Position numbers and translations under genes: made by a program
The notes under the pieces: generated by a model
The model's database searches: none
What the model was told of the DNA's origin: nothing
Seen by the model: the letters and a program-made list of their open reading frames with translations, nothing else
Shown here: one piece after another, positions 35,349 to 43,337 of the stretch
Numbering within the stretch: position 1 is the stretch's first letter
How the letters are laid out: each line of letters begins with the position of its first letter
Source of the DNA: Thraustochytrium aureum
Taxonomy: Eukaryota
DNA length: 49,288 bases
Direction of reading: 5' to 3'
NCBI GenBank assembly: GCA_012862495.1
Contig: BLSG01000402.1
Location: forward strand, 354,408 to 403,695

Positions 35349-36176
35349 ATGGCCGAGTTTACGTCGCTCGAGCAGCTTGCCGCCCAAGATAGCGCCACGG
35401 ACTACAGCGACGACAACGGCGATGCAACGGAGGACGACAACGACGATCGCCTGCAAGACGCGGCAAGACCCGGGGAATCGGACGGGTACGCATGGCTTGA
35501 CTTGGCACCAAGTATGCCAAGCAGACGCAGCAGATCCGCGAACGAGGAGCACGGCCAAGACATGGCGGGCATGGGAACGACGGCAAGCGCAGGGACTGGC
35601 CACTTCGCACCAGGCGCAGTGTCCGATCTGGCATTTTTGGCGGAACAACTGCGCCTGGTCAAAGTCCAGGGATGGTGGCCGGAACCTCCGGGGCGCATCG
35701 TCCCCGACAAGGGTCAAACACGAGCCACAGAGCTAGATATCGACGAGCAAGTCCCGACACGCAGGGCCCAGCTCGGCGGCAGGCCACGCGCTTCTCTTGC
35801 CCCCAAAAGGGTTGCTTTTCAGGCGACTACCAGCGAGTCTCTCCCCGGCGAAGACCTGGTAGACCTGGCGGCCGACGACGAGGATCGGGCCTGGGTGACG
35901 GCCAACCTTCGCGGTGGGAGCGACAAGGGCGCTCGCTCCGCTGCGCTGCTGAGTTGTGCGGCCTGCTTTACAACGGTTTGCTTTGACTCTCGCCAGGTGG
36001 GTCGCGGCGCGAACCAGTATGTCGGGCGGCCGGTGGGCGGCTGCTCGTTTCGTCCTGCGGAGAGCGGGCGCGCTGACGTGTTTTGCGGGCAGTGTGGCGT
36101 GCCTGTTGGATCGGCCGCGGATTGCAAGAACGAGAGCGAGGTTCGGTTTCGCAACGTTCTTCCGTCTGCCATCTGA
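35349..36176 (+). CDS. EAPP: E2F-associated phosphoprotein (EAPP) family, C-terminal Zn-binding domain
   Basis: Acidic N-terminus; DDEDRAWV, SAALLSCAACFTTVCFDS, NQY, VFCGQCGVPVG, VRFRNVLPS. Confidence 0.85.
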   Translation: MAEFTSLEQLAAQDSATDYSDDNGDATEDDNDDRLQDAARPGESDGYAWLDLAPSMPSRRSRSANEEHGQDMAGMGTTASAGTGHFAPGAVSDLAFLAEQLRLVKVQGWWPEPPGRIVPDKGQTRATELDIDEQVPTRRAQLGGRPRASLAPKRVAFQATTSESLPGEDLVDLAADDEDRAWVTANLRGGSDKGARSAALLSCAACFTTVCFDSRQVGRGANQYVGRPVGGCSFRPAESGRADVFCGQCGVPVGSAADCKNESEVRFRNVLPSAI

Positions 36177-36946
36177 TGAGACTGTGCTCCTTTTCGGAGC
36201 TTGCGAACGAGTGCGTGCTTGTTGCCGCCGCGCCAGGTCGGCCAAGGCGCCAAGGCGGACGCTTGCTAGCTAGCTCTAGCTAGCTCTGGGGCATCGCGTC
36301 CATTTTGGGCGTTGCGGGGCGCGCAAGTGTCCGGCGAGGCAGCGAGGCTGTATTGTACAAACCAACACAACGACAACGAATGTTATGAGAGTCCCTGCTC
36401 GCTGTGGAAAAGAAGCGACACATCCTTCCACATCCGAACGCGTGGCAAGAACCCAAAGCACAATCCAAGCACGGGAAGGTCGAGCTCGCCCTTGACGACC
36501 AAGCCGCGCTCGATCGGCCCAGATGTCGGGCTGAAGCTGCAGATGCGCTACACATCCGTTCCGAGTCCGACGCATGGTCGCCGANNNNNNNNNNNNNNNN
36601 NNNNNNNNNNNNNNNNNNNNNNNNNNNNNNNNNNNNNNNNNNNNNNNNNNNNNNNNNNNNNNNNNNNNNNNNNNNNNNNNNNNNNNNNNNNNNNNNNNNN
36701 NNNNNNNNNNNNNNNNNNNNNNNNNNNNNNNNNNNNNNNNNNNNNNNNNNNNNNNNNNNNNNNNNNNNNNNNNNNNNNNNNNNNNNNNGTACTTTTCTTT
36801 CCGATTCATCAAATCAAGTAACGTCCGAGGCAGACCTGAGTCACCTGGCGCGAACGAGCGACCAGACAGCGAGCGAGCACGCAGACGCGGCAAGGCGAGG
36901 CAGGCGGCAAGGCGAGGCAGGCGGCAAGAGGACCGGAGCGGGTGCC

Positions 36947-38707
36947 ATGTTTGGCGCAGCAGCGCAGCATGGGCTGCTTGGGCTCCTCTTCGTCGTCGTG
37001 CTCGTCAATGGAGAGGCTCAGACGGCGGGGAGCACCTCCGGAATAGCACCCGAGGCAGAGCTCTATGAACCTTCTGACGCAGGCGCGTCGAGCGCGCCGG
37101 GCGAGGACGAGCATTCGTCCAAGTGGATGGCGCTCGAAATGTTCGAGCCGGAGTATCGACTCGACGAGGTTCCACTTGTGAAAGGCGCCCTGCGCGGCGG
37201 GAAGAGCGCCCACGCCGACGGGAAATGCGACATCGACCTGCGAGTGGCGAAAGGTATGGGCTCGCGCGGCTACCTCAAGCTGCGAATCAGCGCGATCACG
37301 TACGGGGACTGCGAGTTCGTTGACTTTGCGTTTAACTACTCGGCGCCCTTCAGGTACCGCTGGAAGTACGGGTTCGACATGGGCCGCGCTGGAAAGCAAT
37401 GCGACGCCAGAAGCGCATCGTGGACGCACATCGTTGCGTCGGAACCCGATTGCTTGAAGCTGTGCAGCGACGTGGGAGCGGACTGCGCCTTCTACACCTA
37501 TTCGCCTGGAGCGGGCGCGAACCACAAGACATGTGTGCTGGCCTCAAACAAGTGCACGCTTGAGACGGCTGCAAACACGACCGTGACGTACCAGAACCTC
37601 GGGCGGCGGTACCTGCACACAAGCATAGTTGACGCGACCCCGGGCTGGAACGAGTGGTCGATCGGTGGCAACACAGTGCGCGTCAATGTGCCCCAGGAGA
37701 ACGCAGGCACCAGCGGGATCATTTTTGCCGATCCTGGGTACAGCTCGCGTTTCATCGGCGCCGAATATGGCAAATTGTTTGACGTGTTCAACCGCACGAT
37801 CCAACTCTGGAACGCTGTGGGCGAGGATGAGGCCATTCACTTCTTGGAGGTTCTGGGTGACAACTGGTACGACCAGGACGGCCGCATCACGAAGAACCTT
37901 TACGATCGGGTCTCGCTCAACGCCAAGTCAAAGGTGTTTCAGACGGTGGTGGGCAACCACGACCTTTGGGTGCACACCAACTATGACCTCAAAGACCAGA
38001 TGGGCAACGGCTTCATGCAGTTTTACGCGCAGGACACGTTTTCTTCGGTTGGGCACGAGAAGACAGTTTTTGACTTTTCGCACGACCCGGACCAGGAGCC
38101 TAAGGCGGAACCAACGTTTTTCCAGAGCCCCGACAACTTTATGTGGTACCACAAAATGGGCAACGTCGGATTTGTCGGAATCTCGAACACAGTCACCCGC
38201 AAGCTGGCCGAGCCCAAGCTGCGGGAGGCGTGCGCCTACTTTGCGAAGGCCAAACCAGCGTACATTTTCCTGCTTGGCCATTGGCACGTCTCCAACATGG
38301 GTGCTGCGGAGGGTATGGCCACGTCGGCCGCACGGGACTGGCTCACGAGCTTTGCTGGCTGCGACATTGGCGACCGCGTCAAGTTCTTTGTGGGCCACGA
38401 GCACTGCAACCAACCGGTGCAGCACGGGAAGAACGAAGAGGTCGGCTTTATGGTCGGGGCACGCGGCATGAACGACCTGACGAAGTCCTGCAAGCCGGCC
38501 TCTGGCTTTACTTATGTCGAGACGTCGGCCAGCGGCGCGATCGGGGTGTACTACTTTGAGGAAGGCAACGAGACTGTTCAGAGGTTTGACGAGATCCTGG
38601 CCTGCATCAAGTCGAAAACGATTAAGAAGTGCACCCATCTGGCGACTGTGTGGCTCGAGTCGGCCGGCGGGTACCGTGACGCAGACCCTGTCCTCTCTGA
38701 AGCCTAG
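36947..38707 (+). CDS. Secreted calcineurin-like metallophosphoesterase with inserted PAN/apple-like module
   Basis: Signal peptide MFGAAAQHGLLGLLFVVVLVNG; PAN-like CLKLCSDVGADCAFYTY...CVL; MPP motifs FADP, LGDNWY, VGNHD, LLGHW, VGHEH. Confidence 0.85.
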   Translation: MFGAAAQHGLLGLLFVVVLVNGEAQTAGSTSGIAPEAELYEPSDAGASSAPGEDEHSSKWMALEMFEPEYRLDEVPLVKGALRGGKSAHADGKCDIDLRVAKGMGSRGYLKLRISAITYGDCEFVDFAFNYSAPFRYRWKYGFDMGRAGKQCDARSASWTHIVASEPDCLKLCSDVGADCAFYTYSPGAGANHKTCVLASNKCTLETAANTTVTYQNLGRRYLHTSIVDATPGWNEWSIGGNTVRVNVPQENAGTSGIIFADPGYSSRFIGAEYGKLFDVFNRTIQLWNAVGEDEAIHFLEVLGDNWYDQDGRITKNLYDRVSLNAKSKVFQTVVGNHDLWVHTNYDLKDQMGNGFMQFYAQDTFSSVGHEKTVFDFSHDPDQEPKAEPTFFQSPDNFMWYHKMGNVGFVGISNTVTRKLAEPKLREACAYFAKAKPAYIFLLGHWHVSNMGAAEGMATSAARDWLTSFAGCDIGDRVKFFVGHEHCNQPVQHGKNEEVGFMVGARGMNDLTKSCKPASGFTYVETSASGAIGVYYFEEGNETVQRFDEILACIKSKTIKKCTHLATVWLESAGGYRDADPVLSEA

Positions 38708-38915
38708 GTCGCATGCTCTGACAGGGCAGAGTCAAGGGGCAAGCCGATGCCAACGCTTGCCGCCTTGTCGTCATCGTCGTAGAACGCTGTCGATCAGTAG
38801 GTCGTCGTCCGTACACAGTCGATTGAAACAAATGGAAACAAGGTCGATTCGAGTTTTGTTTTGGCGCGGGGAAGAGCTGCGGGTGCGGTCGACAGGCCGA
38901 GGCACCGCGCTTTCG

Positions 38916-40571
38916 CTAGCCAAACATGGAGCGTTCGTAGCGAAGGTTGAGGATCTTGGCAATCTCGCGCACCTTCTTCAACGCCGCCTTGAGGTCCTCC
39001 TTGTCATGCGCGGCGGAGATGCAAAACCGCACCCGAGCACCATAGATGGGAACCGCAGGGGCGCCCACCACGACGACCGCCAGATTACGCTTGAGCGCCT
39101 CGCGGCTGAATGAGGCAATCTTGGTGCTGTGAAAGAGCATCATGGGGACAATAGGGCTGTCGTCGTCGCCAAGGACGGCGCAGCCCATGCGCTTGAGTTG
39201 GTTGCGGAAGTAGTTGGCATTGTCCTTGATGGCGAGGAGCTTGTCGCGGCCAATCGTGGTCCCGTCGTCGCCGCAGATGATGCGAAACGAGGTGAGCACT
39301 TGCTCGGCGACCGTCGGAGAGAGGTTGCTGCCATACAGGGGCCCACCGCAGCTGCTCTTGAGCATCCTGATAAGCTCGCGCGAACCTGCGATGTAGCCGC
39401 CCATGCCTCCAAAAGACTTGGTGAAGGTTCCCATGAGGATGTCGACCTCGCTCGGGTCCACGTTGCAATGCTCAGTGACCCCTCGGCCGGTCTTGCCGAG
39501 CGCGCCGATGCTGTGGGCCTCGTCGACGTAGAGGTAGCACTTGTACTTTTTGGCGACGTCGACCACGCCACGCAGGTTGCAGATCTCGCCCTCCATTGAG
39601 TAAATCCCCTCTACCATAACCAGGATCTTGGCCCACGGCTTGTGCGGTCCGTTTGGGTCTTGGCCCTCCACGATGGCGGTCTTGATCACGCGCTCGAGCT
39701 CCTCAATGTTGTTGTGTGGGAAAGACATCGCCTTGGCACCAGCGTCGCCTGCGAGTTAAGACCACACGGCGTCAGCTGACATTGGCTGGCGCCTTTGCAA
39801 GAATCGTCTGCGCCGCAGCCGCGGCGAGCAAAGCAAGCGGAGCAAAGCAAGCGGAGCAAACGCAAGCAGCGAGAAGGAAGCAGAGCTAACGCAAACAGCG
39901 AGAAGAGCGCGATACGTACGGCACCCGTTCACCAGAGAGGTGTGGTTGAGCTGGTCGCTGATGATGAGGCTGCCCTTGCCCATGATCGCGGGGATCGCTT
40001 GCGAGTTGGTCCCGTAGCCCATGTTGAACACCACGGCGGCCTCTTTGCCGACGAATTTGGCGACATAGTCCTCGAGTTGTGCGTGCACGTCCATGTAGCC
40101 CGCATCCGTGGCGGCGGACTGGCAGGAGACGCCGTACCGCTTGAGCGCCGCGCGCACGGGCGTCCCGCACGTGTTGTCCCAGTCGTCCGCAAAGCCCAGG
40201 TAGTTGTAGCTCCCGAGGTTGAGCGCGTGCGTGACGGTGCCAGTCATCTCCATCGAGGTCCCGTTTGGCGCGATGCGGCGGTCCATGACGTCGATCCAGG
40301 CGCCCGGTCGGGAGTTGATTGGCCGGTCCCAGCAGTCTTGGATGCGGTGCTTGAGGCGGCGAGCGTAGAAGGCGGTGCCGCGAGGGTCGAGCAGCGGGGG
40401 CATGCCTTGCTGCCGCGGAAACAGCTCGTCGTGGAACCTGGTCTTGCCCGTCAGCCGCGCGAACGTGTCGCGGACATGTCCGAAGAAGAACAGCACGACG
40501 TACCCAAAGTACGTCGTCACGGCGGTGAACACCGACTGCGCCTCCGCATCCTGCGGCCCGTTATGTCCCAT
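38916..40571 (-). CDS. LCB2: Serine palmitoyltransferase long-chain base subunit 2 (PLP-binding); two exons, intron 39749-39919
   Basis: IQDCWDRPI, LNLGSYNYLGFA, MGYGTNS, IISDQLNHTSL, EGIYSMEG, YVDEAHSIGA, PLP-Lys motif GTFTKSFG, RVRFCISAAH. GTACGT donor, GCTGAC branch-like site and CAG acceptor restore ...VNGCRDAGAKAMSFPHNN. Confidence 0.95.
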
Positions 40572-41684
40572 CCTCGCTCGCCTCGCCCAACCCGCCCCGC
40601 GGCGCCGCCCGCGAGCGACTGCTGCGTGCTGAGCCTCTCTTTCGGGCCCACAACCGCGTGCTCCGTCGACCAAACCGAGCTCGGGGTCTTTTTGCCTTTT
40701 TCTTTTTCTCCTTGTGATTCTGCGCCGCTCGTCCGGCGCGCGAGCGCAGACCGCGTAGCCCCGGGCACGCCCGCGAGGGCCCTTCGTAGCTGTCGGCCGC
40801 GCTACTCCTCCTGCCGTCCTGCGCGCTGCCTCGCTGCAGGTGGATGCTGGTCTGCTCTGCTCTGCTGTTTGCACCTCTGCCTGCACTGAGCACCTGTAAG
40901 GTGCAGTCCTCCTCCCTCCCTGCCACTACCGTGCAAAAAAAGCACCGCAGCTCACAACCTCCGCGTGGTTTTTGTACAACTCTTTCGANNNNNNNNNNNN
41001 NNNNNNNNNNNNNNNNNNNNNNNNNNNNNNNNNNNNNNNNNNNNNNNNNNNNNNNNNNNNNNNNNNNNNNNNNNNNNNNNNNNNNNNNNNNNNNNNNNNN
41101 NNNNNNNNNNNNNNNNNNNNNNNNNNNNNNNNNNNNNNNNNNNNNNNNNNNNNNNNNNNNNNNNNNNNNNNNNNNNNNNNNNNNNNNNNNNNNNNNNNNN
41201 NNNNNNNNNNNNNNNNNNNNNNNNNNNNNNNNNNNNNNNNNNNNNNNNNNNNNNNNNNNNNNNNNNNNNNNNNNNNNNNNNNNNNNNNNNNNNNNNNNNN
41301 NNNNNNNNNNNNNNNNNNNNNNNNNNNNNNNNNNNNNNNNNNNNNNNNNNNNNNNNNNNNNNNNNNNNNNNNNNNNNNNNNNNNNNNNNNNNNNNNNNNN
41401 NNNNNNNNNNNNNNNNNNNNNNNNNNNNNNNNNNNNNNNNNNNNNNNNNNNNNNNNNNNNNNNNNNNNNNNNNNNNNNNNNNNNNNNNNNNNNNNNNNNN
41501 NNNNNNNNNNNNNNNNNNNNNNNNNNNNNNNNNNNNNNNNNNNNNNNNNNNNNNNNNNNNNNNNNNNNNNNNNNNNNNNNNNNNNNNNNNNNNNNAGCTA
41601 GCTGGTGGAGCTAGACGAGGGCTCTGGCTTGCTGGCGGGTCGGCTGGCCCGAGCTCTTGCGAGGTAGTGGTAGTGGCTGGCGAA

Positions 41685-42832
41685 ATGTCGGTCGTGGACG
41701 TGCTGAGGTCCTGGCTGTGGGCTCCCAGCCCCACCAACAAGGCCATGGCGATGCAGGAGAGGCTGGCACGCAAGCGCGCGCTGCAAGACAAGCAAGACCA
41801 GCTTGCGAAACTGGTGGGCGCGAAGAGTTTTTCATCAGGACCAAGCGCGACCAGAACGAACTCAAGGTGTTTGTCCGGCGCGGGCGCGTCGGCGCGAACG
41901 GCAAGGAGAAAGTGATGATGCTCGTCGCGCCACTTGGGCAGCAAAACATGCTCTCATACCTGCCCATCATCAACCGGTTCGGGGACGAGTACACGTACGT
42001 CTCGTTCCAGTATCGCGGCTTCTTCGAGTCGCAAGTTCCCAAGCGGCCCCGGCGCGTCAGCGTACGCGACCACGCCGAGGACACCCTCGACGTGCTCCAC
42101 GCCGCAGGCTACGAGCACTGCGACGTCATGATGGCGCACTCGATGGGCGTCCAGGTCGCCCTCGAGTTCGTCCTCCTCTTCCCCGAGTGCGCTGACACGC
42201 TCGTCCTCATGAACGGGAGCCACGGAACGGTGTTCAACCAAGCGTTCCAGCCGTTCTTTCGCGTCCCATTCGCAGGCGCCTTTGCCGAGTGGCTCGTCAG
42301 CACGCTCGTGTCGCACGACCCGCCGTTCATCGTCAAATCGCTGCGCTCTGTGGCGCAGAGCGGCCCGATGGACCGCATCATGGGTTGGTTCGGGACCCGT
42401 TTCGGGAACGACAACTGGGTGCACCCGATGGGGTCTACCTACCTGGTTGACATGTTCCGAGTCTACTTTGGGGGTATCACCAGCAACGACGCGAGCTCGC
42501 TCAACTGGCTGCGCGGGTTCCAAGAGCTCCATGCGCATTCGGTCAAGCACCTCTTGCACACCATCGAGCACCCCACGCTCCTGCTCAGCGGCCGCTTGGA
42601 CTATTTGACGCCCAGCTGGGGCATGGACGAGATGGCCAGGTTGATGCCCAACGCGGTTCACAAGCCAGACTGGTTTTCGTCGCACTTCTCCATCGTGGAA
42701 AACCCAGATCACATCGTGGAGGAGACGGACAAGTTTCTTCGCGTGCAGCAGGTGCCGTGCCGCTTCAAGCGCACAAGTTCGGTGCACTTTTCGAGGCTGC
42801 AGAGCGCGGCCGCCGCCGTGAGCGAGCAATGA
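41685..42832 (+). CDS. Alpha/beta-fold hydrolase; probable frameshift near 41815-41825
   Basis: YRGFFES, VRDHAED, nucleophile elbow AHSMGVQVALE, acid SGRLDYLTP, His SSHF; upstream frame MSVVDVLRSWLW...KLVG joins EEFFIRT. Confidence 0.8.
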
Positions 42833-43337
42833 CCGTGGTGGTGGCGTTCTGTGTGGCGACGGCCTGACTGTACATTTTTAATTTTTTCAATCAAACACAG
42901 GTCTACCTACCTACCTACTGCGGCGCGTTTTTGATCTGCGGCGCGTTTTTAACAATCAAACTCTCCAGCAAGCTGCCTTCGTGGCACGGCGAGACGCCCG
43001 TGTTGGTGCTGCANNNNNNNNNNNNNNNNNNNNNNNNNNNNNNNNNNNNNNNNNNNNNNNNNNNNNNNNNNNNNNNNNNNNNNNNNNNNNNNNNNNNNNN
43101 NNNNNNNNNNNNNNNNNNNNNNNNNNNNNNNNNNNNNNNNNNNNNNNNNNNNNNNNNNNNNNNNNNNNNNNNNNNNNNNNNNNNNNNNNNNNNNNNNNNN
43201 NNNNNNNNNNNNNNNNNNNNNNNNNNNNNNNNNNNNNNNNNNNNNNNNNNNNNNNNNNNNNNNNNNNNNNNNNNNNNNNNNNNNNNNNNNNNNNNNNNNN
43301 NNNNNNNNNNNNNNNNNNNNATCAATCAAACACAGGT

